Position numbers and translations under genes: made by a program. A stretch of DNA of 64,000 nucleotides, from assembly GCA_965655095.1 (NCBI GenBank), contig OZ296658.1, positions 57,908,001 through 57,972,000 on the forward strand, written 5' to 3'. A model generated the notes under the pieces. The model did no database searches. It was not told the DNA's origin and saw nothing but the letters and a program-made list of their open reading frames with translations. Shown one piece after another: positions 1 through 12,275 of the stretch. Position 1 is the stretch's first letter, and every line of letters begins with the position of its first letter. This DNA comes from Haplodiscus bocki (lineage: Eukaryota).

Positions 1-402
1 TAGCTATTTTGTGCTGCAGTGCTGTAGTGAATATGGAGTGATTCTGGAATCACTCCTCATTTGAGCTTAGCTTGCCTCAACTACTAGTGGCTACGGAATT
101 ATTCCGGAAACCACTAGTAGCTACTCGTCTAAACGAGTAGCAAACTAGTATTTCTACTAGTTTCTCTTCATTTCTGAAGACAAATACTACTACTAGTGAA
201 TACGGATTTATCCGAAAACCATTTCTAAAGAGTAAAGACTTATGAACTACTGAGTGAATATTGATGATATGTGCATGAAATACCATGAATACCTTATATT
301 TACCATCAATTTTAGTTTTCCATACTTGCTACTTTAATTTTATAAATCTTTTCATTTTCCCAATTAAGGAGTTTTTCAACTTTTCCAATTATGGAATAAA
401 CA

Positions 403-1702
403 TTATTATCCCGCGAAAAGCGGGATATTGCAATCACCTTCGTGTGTCTGTCTGTTTGTTTGTTTGTTTGTTAGCAGGATTTCTCATAAACTACTGGTCG
501 GATTTCGATGAAATTTGGTGAGTAGGGAGGTAATGATCATAGGAAGACCGAGTTCAAATTTGGGTGTAATCCGGATTGAAATCCGGATCTGAGATCCGGA
601 TAACTGTTTCCCATGAACTACTGGTCGGATTTTGGTAGTGGGAAAATATAGCCAGTCTTTCAGTGCAGTAGTGGTTCATACATATATACAACTTATTCCG
701 ACGATGACTTGCACAAAGGTGGAGGAGTGGTATATATGCGAGTCTCGGGAGATGGAGATTGTGGGTTCGATCCCCTGTGATAACAGATAATTTTTCAATT
801 TTGTATTTTGTTACTGTTCTGATCCGCGGGACAATTATAAAATTTCGTGGTCACCGGGGATTCAACACACAATCTTCATCTCCGGAGTATCCCGTCTGCA
901 CCACTGCTGTACACTGTCACAAGATGACCAGAGAAATGGTCGTTTATAAAACTGTGTGGACGCAAAGACACAAAAAGGATCAGTGATCTGAAATATCAAC
1001 GACTGGGCTACGATCAAGAAAATCGGAGGGTCCAAGGGCTTTCGCGGGATCAGCGCTCTCCGAGTGCCATTTTTTTTGTTTGTTTGTTTGTTTGTTAGCA
1101 GGATTTGTCATAAACTACTGGTCGGATTTTGATGAAATTTGGTGAGTAGGGAGGTAATGATCATACAAGACTGAGTTCAAAGTTGGGCGTGATCCGGAAC
1201 GAAATTCAGATCTGAGATCCGGATAACTGTTTCTCATGAACTACTGGTCGGATTTTGATAGTGGGAAATATAGCCAGTATTTCAGTGAAGTAGTAGTTCA
1301 TACATATATAACAACTTATTCCGCCGATAACTTGCGCAAGGGTGGACGAGTGGTATTTATGCGAGTCTCGAGAGATGGAGATTGTGGGTTCGATCCCCGG
1401 TGACAACAGATAATTTTTCAATTTTAAATTTTGTTACCGTTCTCATCCGCGGGACAATTATAAAATTTCGTTCTCACCGGGGATTCAACCCACAATCTCC
1501 ATCTCCGGAGTATCCCGTCTGCACCACTGCTGTACACTGTCACAAGATGACCAGAGAAATGGTCGTTTATAAATCTGTGTGGACGCAAAGACACAAAAAG
1601 GAACAGCGATCTGAAATATCAACGACTGGGTTACGATTCAGGATATCGGAGGGTCCAAGGGCTTTCGCGGGATCTGCGCTCTCCGAGTGCCATTTTCTAG
1701 TT
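403..1702 (+). mobile_element. Tandem dimer of Helentron-associated non-autonomous element (HINE/DINE-1-like), ~620 bp units
   Basis: 5' subTIR ATCCCGCGAAA (408-418), (GTCT/GTTT)n microsatellite, 3' subTIR TTTCGCGGGAT (1040-1050 and 1663-1673), each followed by stem-loop GCGCTC-TCC-GAGTGC; ends CTAGTT. Two near-identical units head-to-tail. Confidence 0.8.
711..923. ncRNA. Convergent pair of tRNA(Arg-like)-derived heads in HINE unit 1 (repeated at ~1334-1546)
   Basis: Plus copy has A-box-like TGGAGGAGTGG and B-box GGTTCGATCCC. Minus copy reads ...CTCCGGAGATGAAGATTGTGTGTTGAATCCCCGGTGACC. GAAGATTGNGGGTTCGA resembles the tRNA-Arg variable/T arm. Confidence 0.55.
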
Positions 1703-2135
1703 TCGTTTGTAAACATTATGTCGGCGCGGGAATAAACACTTTGATATCCATCTCTGACGGATTAGGTCCGTCCATTCTCTGTCGAAAGATGGAAAGGACG
1801 CGTCTTATGAGGGAAGCGATGGATGGAAAAGTTGTTTATTTCCCGCCAGAGTCGGCATTCAGTCTTTGATGTTTTAATAATGTAATTATTTTTCCCTATT
1901 TGTATCTTGACTTGGCGTGTAAACAATTATGTTTCCTGCCAAGGAGAAGGTATAAATAGGAGAAATGAAAGTACAAAAACAGAAGTGTTATTATTATTTT
2001 GGAGTACTGATGATATTATCCAGTATTGTTAATTCCCTTCGTTGTAATATTGGAAACTGCTAAAACCTCAAACTGATTTCCCTTCAGCAAAAAGATAATT
2101 GAATATTAACAGCTGATCAATATTTTCCGTAGAAA

Positions 2136-2534
2136 ATGGCAACGCGAAACAAGAGAAACTTGGCAGCATTAAATAAGAAAAATGTGAAGAACATCCTAGG
2201 AGCAACTTGGCACAAAACTCAAATGCTCCTAGATCGCAGGAAGACTACATAACTCAAGTTTCTGAGGAATTTGAGGGAAGAGTCACTAAAAGGTTGTCAC
2301 AAGAGTTCAGTAGAACAGAAAACCGCATACTAGGCGCATTAGCACGTCTTGACGACTTTCTCATGAACCCGCTAATTCAGGAGTATTCCGGAAACGCTCC
2401 GGAAACGTCCCAGAACGCATTTGGTACAAACCAGGGAACGAATGAGGACGACTCCCAGAGTGATCCTCATCCTGAAGCGGGTCTCTTCCACAGCCAGATA
2501 ACGCAAAACTCTGGCCCAAAAGATGACCACGACA
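2136..2534 (+). pseudogene. LTR-internal ORF N-terminus (MATRNKRNLAA...YITQVSEEFEGRVTKRLSQEFSRTENRILGAL), frameshifted; putative gag leader
   Basis: ATG at 2136, frameshift near 2180 joining ORF 2207-2554; clear homologue of 16008-16433. Confidence 0.65.
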
Positions 2535-2539
2535 GGTTC

Positions 2540-5500
2540 CTTGTCTTAACCTGAAAAACGGAAACTTCTATGCAACGGAATTTTTGCCAACCACTATGAA
2601 GAATCGGAGTGGCAGCCTGCGGTTGCATATACTTTGAACCGGGTCACTGCGAGGGCGATGCTGATGCTCGTTTTCCCTCCAATGATTTTTAGTCAGATCC
2701 CTAAAAATAATTCCTGAAAGTTTCGAATAAAAGATTTTGTGGTTGGAGTTACAAAGAACATCATATCTCATGATATTTGGCATTGAGAAGGGATGTTCCC
2801 TAGTTCAAGAGTGGATACGGAATTGTTCATTCGTCTCGAACTTGCTTATGAGCTGACATTTGACCGACGGCTGAGTCTCTCCGACGACACCACTCGTCCG
2901 CAATCTCAGCTAGTACCAATCACATTAGCATGTGTAATCGTTTTGCACAACGCACGAAGCGATGCAGTTGATTCAAAGCTGAGAGGGAAATCCTCATTTA
3001 CGGGGGCGAAATTCGAATTTATTGCCATGAAAAGAACTAGAATAACCCTTCACCCCTTCACAGAGTGTGAGAGAGCACACTGTGACGAACGCTTCCAACG
3101 CAAGAGAGGTTGGTGCAGCTGGTGGTTGCGTAAAAGCAGTCGGTCACAGATCGAGGAATGGAAATACTGTACAATCTACAGTTACAACATCACTGGAACA
3201 ACCGCCATCCAGGTCGGCCTCCTCGTTCTCCAACAGATCATCATAATTACAATTCAAAGCCTATTACCATCCAAATTGACCACCATTGATATCTCTATGG
3301 AGCCGTATAAATATTACGATCAATTAAGCAGTAGTACTTGGAACTACTTTTGAATAGAAGCAAAATAGGTGCCTTCAAATTTTCACTTGGGAAGCCGAAG
3401 CACCCAGAAAAACGGGAACCCTTCCCAAAACAAGAAGAACTTCTGGTGCCAACTTACATGCTGAATTCATCTCCAGAAACTGCCAAAACAATCCCAGGGC
3501 CAATTTCCATGATGATGGCAGCCGCGTGTCATCACTGAATGAAACTTCTGCAGTGGCACTGGACATGTCCACTTGGATCTGATCAAAAGTGCTGAGGCGC
3601 CGGGGAAGTTACCGTGCTTCATCGTCAGGATGTACATTGGTTACGTTTTGGATGCACACTCTACAAGGAATGCGCTGTAGTAGTTTGGAATTACAACAAA
3701 TCCATCCCTTTTAGGCTTGTTTATCGGAGATAGCCTTGGTTGCAGTTTTTTTACGGCGCCTTGATCAGAGGATAAGGCTGAGTATTTGCTTTCCATTTGG
3801 TTTTTTGATTGTTAAAGTCACACTGAATCAAATTTCCTCTAATCCAAAACTACCTTCGCATTTGAATTTTTCCATCAGTCGCCTTAATTGATTTTCAACT
3901 TTTTCAGTGGCATTGAATATGTTATCCAAAAACATAACACATGACCATGCTTTTTATTTTTTTTGTCTCAGGGAGGCCAAAGTGTTGTTCATGGCTCCAT
4001 AAACAATAGCAGTGGATTTGCACAGATTGAAGAGCATGCGTTTCTTCTGAGAACTTCTAATTCACCCTTAGTAGCTTTCGCTCATCCTTCCTCCTGGGGG
4101 GTATCTGTCACGAAGCAGAAGTAAGATTTACTCTCGCTCACTCTGCCAATGCGGGGCGAACTTTCATGAATTCTAGAGGAGGGTACACCTTTTTTAAAGT
4201 TTGCCCTCTTATATTTTAAGAGAAATCAACAGACACGCATTTTTCTCCCACCCTTTATCTTGACCATAATTACTCCACTAGCCCAGGGGAATAGGATTGA
4301 GTGATCATCTCTAAGACAAACAATTCTCTGGAATCTTGAATTTTGTTCTTCCAACTTCCTTCCCCATCAAGCTTCACGTTCTTCCACAGTGTGAATCAAT
4401 GTTAGGAGTAGAATTTTTGCAACGGAGTTCATCAGCCTATGCCTGCTTCACGCCTCATCAAAAAGTCTGAATTTATTTTTGAAAGGTCACTCAGCGTATT
4501 CCTGTCATCCAATCATAATTTTCTCGCTACGACGCTGCGGACTGCTGAGCTACAATTCAGTAAAGCAGTTTACGAACCTTCGTCCCGATCAAACATAAAC
4601 TGATCACCAAAAGGGCAATGAGATTCTGTTGAAAAATCAGTCTACGGAGGTTTTTCAATTGAAAAGTGATCAACTACACATCATGAGCGTTCACATTCAC
4701 AATTGGTTTATTTTTTTAATTTTTTCACAGTGTGAAGTTCTTAAAAATGATCTTCTGAAATATTGACATCATGGTTCATGTTTGCAGGTATGTCCTTGTC
4801 TTCTCTCATCAGACAGAATAGGGAGCCTTCTAGTTGAAAATTGCTCACAGACTCAGCCAAAACAACACATGACTGAGCACGACGTCCGCTTTTTGTTGCC
4901 AGTATTGGTGCGCGCTTAGGTGACCAATATGGATGAGTTAGAATTTGTACCCTTACCATTTTAGCCTCCAATAGTGCAAACGCAATTTTTTGCCACTTAA
5001 CGGAAAAGAAAGCAGACACTCCAGTACAAACCGTATGAAAAGATGCAGTCATATTGTCCTGGTTCGGCCTGTTTTGACCAATGGAAACTTCATGAATTCT
5101 ATGAGTACAAGATACTGTCGCAAGACGAATTGTCCAACAATGAAAATATTGAAGATGCAACCGATCAGCACTACGAAATCAGTATACAGTAGGTGCGCAG
5201 CCATCATGAAGCACCAATGGCTACAATCAGATTGATGAGTTTTTGAAACATGCTCTATGGCGCATTCAGGTTAATTTTATTGACGCACAAATCGTGTTGG
5301 GCCTACTCCTGTTTGAACCATTGTTCTCATATTCACAGCATTTTGATTTGTTAAACAGGTCAAGGCAAATATAGCAATATGATTGAAGGGGGTCTTAACG
5401 GCCTACCATGGAGTTGTCTGTGGATCTCAAAACACATTGTCTTGTTCCTAACTTAAAAACCTTCCTTCAAGTCAACTTGCAGAACAACAGTGGTCTCTTT

Positions 5501-8500
5501 CTGCAGTTTCATCTTTTGGATGAACAGCCTGCCTTGTATTCGTAGAGATCTTCTCGCTTTTGTGTTTGCTTTTTCCTCAAGTGATAGTTTCTTGAAGATA
5601 AAATTTGGGCATTCTTTTCAGGACCTGACGAGCTAAACTAATTTCCGATTGAAGTTCACGGTACAGGTACCGGCTTTTTGGAAAGGAGGGTCATTTTTCA
5701 TCCAAGTGCAGCAATATTTTGAGCAGTTGTGTGTTGCTGCAAACGAGAGAAATTGGTACTGCCAATTTCTGATCATTCACAAACACAGTCTGATGAGGCT
5801 GTTGCAGCTCAGCTATAGCTGCCTGGTTAGATTGGTCCAGGTGGTATAGATAATAAACATGGTTTACGTCAGCACATTCCTGGAAGTTTCCGCACAAATT
5901 GAATCTGAAACTCCTTTTCTCAACAATTATAAGGGTCCAAAGTATTCTGAACGGTTCGGTAGCGTGCGCAGTGAAAGGTTTTTTCTGGAATAGGTCATGA
6001 ATTGCCTTAACTGGTTGCCATTGATTAATTAAATTGCGGGGTTGCTATTTTTTAGTTCCTTATCTAATGGCAAATTTGAAAGCAATTGTGTTTTAACTGA
6101 ATATTTATCGAGCATTTGTCGATTTGGTTGCTTTTCCTCCAATGTACACGCTTGGTTACACTCAAAGTTGGCGGTGGGGTTGCTGCAGGTGAAAGATCAG
6201 ATGGTGTCTGGACACTCAAGGGGAGACTAGGTGGGTAGGTTGGAATCCATTTTGATACCATTTTGTCATGATGAGATGCCCTGACAATGTTAGTTCTTTT
6301 TTGGCAAAGTCTCTCAATTCCTCTGCAACCAGCCAAGCATCTAAATTTTTCCTCTATGTGGACTTGGCTGCTAGGATGTCTTTGTTGCGTTGAGCTTCCG
6401 GTATACATGTTTGCATGATATCACGACATTCAGTCAGATCCCCAGGATATTATTTGAAGCGGATTTTTTGTATAACATCCGATTTTTTGAATTATTGATC
6501 CTACTGGTCTCTGCTCACGCGTGGAAAAAATTGTTGCTGGTCATTGCTCTGTTTTTTCCTTGCCAACCTTTCTTGACGGCTTTTTGCCGATTTGTTCTCG
6601 ATCCTTTTGGGTTTGTTCTAGATGAAGTATTTCACTTCAACCTTCAATCAACTGATAACTTACCACAACTCCTGTTACTGTTCCAGTGACAGTTAAAAAA
6701 CTTGGACAATGTGCTTCAAGATCGTGATCCATGCATCAACGCCTCCTTCTTGGCTTACATTGAGAGCCTCAAGCAGACCATTTTTGTCATTTTTTCGCAC
6801 AAATGAATGTTGACTCGTGGTGCATTTCTGCGACAATATGTCAGTCATCAGTTTGGTCACGCCGGCAAAAGTTACATAGTTGGTTGCTTCAGATTCCACA
6901 GCGACTTGAAGGTATCGTCAGTTGGCTTTCGGGTTTCTTAATTGATTTTGCAAGAGTCCTACACTTTCAGTTGATGCGTAGGATCGTGATGCGTATCCTT
7001 TTCGTTTGCAGCAACATAGATTTGAGTCATGACCTTGCGCCTTGCTTGCAAGTACACTTTCTCAACCTCTACTGTGTATGCTCTAGCCTTGGTTTCGAAG
7101 CCCCGAAATAATCCTGATGTTAACGCCTGTAGATTGAATTCAACCTCAAGATATGTCTTTGTTGCACATATTTGAGCTCTGAAAGTCTCAGCTTCGAGCT
7201 GCTGCAGTTCTCGTGTTATTTTTTCTGGATTACACTTCTTTGCATTCTGCTGGGCATGACTGTTTCTAGGTTTACTCTGCTTGACGGCTCCATTATGGTT
7301 TCGACAACTACAATCCAAGCGGAATTGATGGTTTGGAGCGTTATTGACCGAAATCGACTTGAGGTCCCATGAAAAAAAGTTTCCCGACCTATTGGGCTGG
7401 GAGAACACAAAAAGTACAACACTTTGGTCACCTTTTGGAATTCGAAAGTTTTGAGGCTTGCAGTACCACGGGAATTTGAAAAACTGCCTAGGTCTCCGTA
7501 GACCGGGATAGCGCACTTGGGACTGTTGGTTTACTTTTTGACTTTTCCCTATCTTTTTTTCGAGCACCCTTGTGACATCTCGATTCCTCTCTGTTTGGAT
7601 TTTGTTTCTGTTATTGGAATTTTGTTCATTATGCCTGGGTTCCTGAGAATAACACTTGCTGGGTGTCAAAATTGAAAATTGGACTTGCTTATCAATTACG
7701 CTGTGATTTTTGATAGTTTCAGTGACGAAAAATGTGGCAAATCCGTTTTTCAAACCTTCAAGACTGGTTCCTGCTGCTGTCACCAAGAAACAAGCAGGGC
7801 GTGCTTTGTAAGTTTTAGTGCACTTCGGTGAGCTTCGTGCCGTCAAAATATGAGAAAAGATACCAATTCCAGTTTTTAACCATCAAAATGCTTGAAAGTC
7901 TTGTGTCAATTTTGCTTTACCCAGAAAGTAGCTGTATAGCACGGGATAGCCCGGGTGTGCTTCAATTTTGATCGGTGTGTTCTTGTGAAGTAAACGAAAT
8001 GCCAAACTTCATTTCTTAACAAAGCTGGGAGCCGAATTGATTTAGCTCAAGTGGGCTCCACCTCGTGAATTTTCAGCATGGTTGAAGAGGAAAATTGAAC
8101 TGTCGGAAAACACATCTTCTTGTCAACTTGCTAGCAAAATGGATCCAAGTGTTTTTTGGATGAAGTGATCTAGAAGGCAAGTTTTTTGGACTGGAATAAT
8201 CTGTAGGCAATCTCTCCTGCGGGCTTAGAAACAAGAATCACTCCTTTTTGCTTGTTGATAGCAACCTATTAGTTTGAAAAGTTCAATTACACCTCAAGAA
8301 AGAAGCTGATTATCACTGCACTTGCTTGTCATGATAAGATTTTGGTAATATGTGGTCAGATCCGGCTGTCTGGGATTTGACAGAACATATTTCGAGCTGC
8401 GGTTGAACCCTTGAAATTCTCTTTATTTGGACATTTTAAAAAGCCGTTTTGCGCACAAGCTCGAGTGCTTCTGAGCAACAGTTGCTCGGAATGGTCGGAA

Positions 8501-9500
8501 TCACTGCTTTTTAAATGGTTTTGGTTTCAATGGTTGGTAGTATCTTTTCCGGTTTGATATTGCGCGGCGACTGAACGGCGCTTTTCAGTGTTTTTTGAGG
8601 GTTCAATTGCCACAAAATTAATCGAAAATAATCAATTTTGTTTCAATCGTCCTGAAGACTGATAAAAAATCTCACAAAATCATTCGATACCAGATTACAA
8701 GCTCAGAAAACTCCTGTTAGAAGTTGGCTCAGTTCCATTTGGGGAGAAAGAACTCTCGTCAAAGTTCTCCTAAAAATTGTTTTCTTTATAATTTTGCGGA
8801 AATACTTCAACAACTACGCTTCTGACGGAGCTGAAGCTGTGCCAATGTTATGTGCTCCCTCGGTAGAATCGGGCTACCTAGAATAAATTCTAATGCTGGG
8901 ATGCACCGTATTTTGCTGAACAAAAAATTCTAAAACTTACTCAAATAACGGCCTTCTAAAAACTTCAAATCTTCAAATCTCTACAAAAATAGGTTTACCA
9001 GCTCTTGAAATGGCGTTAAGTGTGAATCTCAGTTTGAAACTTGGGCCCAGGAAGCTTTTGGGTCGGGAGACACGTTTTTCTTCAGAATACGCCGATGTCC
9101 AATGTTTTTTTGAATATTTTTCTCTCACGAGTTGTCTGCTCAGGACACCAGAAAACTGCTTCAAGATTTGCCAAATAGGACTGAAAACTTCTCAAATAAA
9201 ACTGACAACTTCAGGGAAGTTTGTTCTTGGTTGGTCTGAATTGTTTCTGAGCTCAAATGTGTCCAATTAATTTTTTTCTAACAACATCCCGCCAGATGTT
9301 TTTTTTCTAGGAAAACATGCCAGAAGAGCCTGATTTACGATAATCTTGGTCACCAAAGATCAACTGATGAATTTTCTGAGCCCAACTTAGACCACTAATC
9401 ACTCCTTGGTCACACAAAACCAAATTAGTGACAAAATGGAGACTGAGAAGTCTCGATCTTAACCTCACCCGAAAAAAGAATATTAAAACTGGAAAGTTCA
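2540..9500. other. Decayed coding-like DNA of unknown origin (mostly minus-strand fragments; longest ORF 6959-7846, 295 aa)
   Basis: Balanced composition relative to flanks, dense broken ORFs with protein-like translations; no motif recognised. Confidence 0.3.
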
Positions 9501-11019
9501 GCTTTTTTGAAGGAAAACACCCAAAATTAGACCTTCCGTCCTTTTTCCTTTTTTTTGAGGTTTAATCACTTTTTTCCGGTAAGGTTTTGCTTAGTTGTAG
9601 AAAAAGTCTAGAATATTTTCTCCTCTAAATTTTTCCTGTTTGTTTTATTTTGACTGTTTTGCAGGCTGTTTTCTTCAATTTTTGTTTTGATTTATGAGAT
9701 AATTCTTTTTTTTCGTGCTCTCAATTTGTACCAAAACTTTTTGTGAGGCCAGATTTTGGTCTTTGAACTTTTAAAAAGTCCGGGCTGAAAGTGCTTGGCC
9801 GCAGGGGGACAAAGCAACTATTGGCTTTTGTAAGTTCACAAAGCTTGTAAAAAATTCTGCGGGAGTTGAAAAATTCTTGTTTTTTTAACTGACGTTTCTT
9901 CAGCTTTACCAGGTTCAATTTTCAATCAAGGTGTCAATCGATAGCCTTTTACTTCAGGAAGACTTTGTTTTCCTAAAAAAGTAAAATTCCATTCCTGCAC
10001 TGAAATTTAAATTCTGGTGGGTTAAAAATGACAAAAATGCTATTAGTTCAGACATATCTCGAAATTCCAAAGCATTCTTCTTAAGAAGTAGAGCTTTAAA
10101 TGCTTCGATCAATGTCTGAAAAGATGATTTCTGATTATTTGATGACTCTTAGAGCAAAAAAACGTTGATTTTTTTCCTTAGATTCAAATCGTGATTGCTT
10201 GAATTTGCTAAAGAGTCTTTTCAATCATATTTTTCTAAATTCACAGTTGTTTGACGCTACTGGCTTGAATTTTTCTGTCAAAGTGTTAGTCAAGAAATTT
10301 TTTGAACAGACATTGTTTTGGGAAAGTTATTTTGATTAAAGTTCTATCATTTATTTCTGCGCCCGTTTAGTGGAAAATATAGCAGTGCCACTGCGTCTCT
10401 GATGAGTTTTCTTCCTACCACAACTCCATTCTAACAGAGATCAAAATAAATAAAAAACTTCTGCCCTTTTTGTGGGCATGGAAATTTGTTTTCACCAAAA
10501 CCTAATTAAAGACCATTTGGACTAGTGTAACTTAATTTTGAGCAGCGGTACACGTATCGGCAACTTTGGCTGTTTTCGACCTACTATTTTACAGTTTTTT
10601 GTAGTTGTAGTTTGACTTTTAGTTAAAAGCAAAGTTAAAGCCTCTTGGTTAGTATAAATTTGAACTGCTTGAAAAAAGTAAATTCCTTAAATTAACTTGA
10701 GTACGGCCTATTTCCTATATAAATAACTAGGCTAACTACTTTGGACCGAATTGGGGTTCGGTACCAATTTGTCTTTTTCTCTTTTCGGTCAATTTCTTGC
10801 AGAACTGAAGCTAATTTCAGAATTATTTGAAAGTTTGGGGAAGGGATCATTCATCTCTTACAATTTCCAACAGAAGAAAAAACAAGATAGCCGACCAGCA
10901 CAGGCGTAATTTCCACCCTCTAATTTTCTTTTTGCAAAAGCATTTTTGCAAAAGTTAGTTTTCAAAAGCATGAAAAAAATTTTCCAAGTTCATTTTTTTT
11001 ATTTCTGCAAAAAAAACTT

Positions 11020-11610
11020 CAATTCAGTTGCAAAAAACACATTTTAATGAAAAATTAACTTTTGATACGCATTATAGGGCAAGTTTGCCACCTTCACCGA
11101 TTTTCAAAAAAGATGAAAGCTTTATTTCAAAAATCCCATCGTTTTTCCCAGAAAATTCCAAGTTTCGTACATCCTTCAATTTTCTACAATTTGGTGACAA
11201 AAAAATTTCACGGCTAGAACCGGCGAACCAAACTGAAAAAAAAATCTGTTTTTTTTGCCAAAAAACCTCACAATTAAGGTTTTTAACGGAAAAGACATTC
11301 TTAATAAAGGATATCATTTGATACGCATTTTACAGCAAATATTTCACCTTTAGCGATTTTGGAAAAATTCAAGTGTTTTAGGAAAAAATCCAATTTATTT
11401 GGGTTTTTAGAAATCTTACTATTCCTGCCACATTCTACTGCAATTTTGCTGCAAATTTGGTGATTAAAATTTTTCAAACTGAGAGCCGGACGCTAACGTC
11501 AAGTCGGATTTTATCAGTTGGCAAAAGAGTAAGAAAACGTCCAATTTTAGCGTTTTGAGTGGATGATTTCCCTTCCATATTGTAATTATGGGCGGAAATT
11601 AACAAAGGTT
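11020..11610. repeat. Interspersed repeat with ~256 bp internal duplication
   Basis: TTTGATACGCATT...CACCTT...CGATTTT...AAAA at 11061 and 11317. Confidence 0.5.
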
Positions 11611-12029
11611 TCTTTTCACTGTTACCAAAAAATGGACAGTGGATACGGGTACACTGAGGTTTACAATGCTCGAATTGATTTCAACCAAAATTATTTAACT
11701 TGCGTTCAATGCACCCTATATCATCGAAAATTCTCACAAACGGCTCAAAGTATATATTTCAACCTCAAAAAATTTGCTTTTTGTTTGATTTCTCGTCCGC
11801 TTAAAATCGTTTATACTTTTTAAAAGTAATTGAAACAGAAAAATGAAAAACGGGAAGGAGAAAATCACATATTAGTATTTTGAATTACCATGGAGAATTA
11901 CCAAGTGTACAAAAGTTTTTCATTTTCATTCTATCGTCAATTTGTTTCGAACGCAAAATGAATTTAGTTTTTGATAGGAACAGTAATTGAACGGAAGTTT
12001 AAATTTTTCTCTTGTTGTGTATAATCTGT

Positions 12030-12275
12030 CAGACAAAACTTGCAAGGTTCGTGAAAATTTCTTGCAAGATCTTGTAAGATTCGTGAAAGAGACTTCTGAT
12101 TTGTACAATTTTGTTGCAAGAAATGCCTGTTTAGTTGATCAGAGTTTTCCTTGCGAGTTTCTTTCAAGCAAATTGCAGGATTTTTCTGTATTTGCAAGAG
12201 AACTCCGTCTTTGTAAGATTCTTACAAGTATTCTCTCATGCAGCCGATTCTTCAAAGATTCTTGCAAGATAGCTC
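12030..12275. repeat. CTTGCAAGA-rich MITE-like repeat (related copies ~25575-25800, 29040-29280, 30760-30900, 44925-45131 plus 48677-48740, 49290-49420)
   Basis: Many degenerate (T)CTTGCAAGA / CTTGGCAAGA palindromic motifs in ~250 bp blocks recurring through the window. Confidence 0.6.

Larger units (their letters stand above)
1..2534 (+). mobile_element. Solo-LTR-like element, family A, copy 1 (5' end upstream of window; interrupted by HINE insertion 403-1702)
   Basis: Colinear with 14872-16409: block TCGGCGCGGGAATAAACACT...CTTGGCGTGTAAACA, TATAAATAGGAGA at 1951, ORF start at 2136. Homology ends at GACA (2531-2534), as in copy 2. Confidence 0.75.

Noticed and set aside
711-785. Functional tRNA gene
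   Set aside because: Stems are broken and it sits inside a repeated mobile element; kept only as tRNA-derived.
759-1735. Duplicated ORFs MWVRSPV... as genes
   Set aside because: They start at non-ATG codons within the tRNA-like/HINE repeat and show no protein features.
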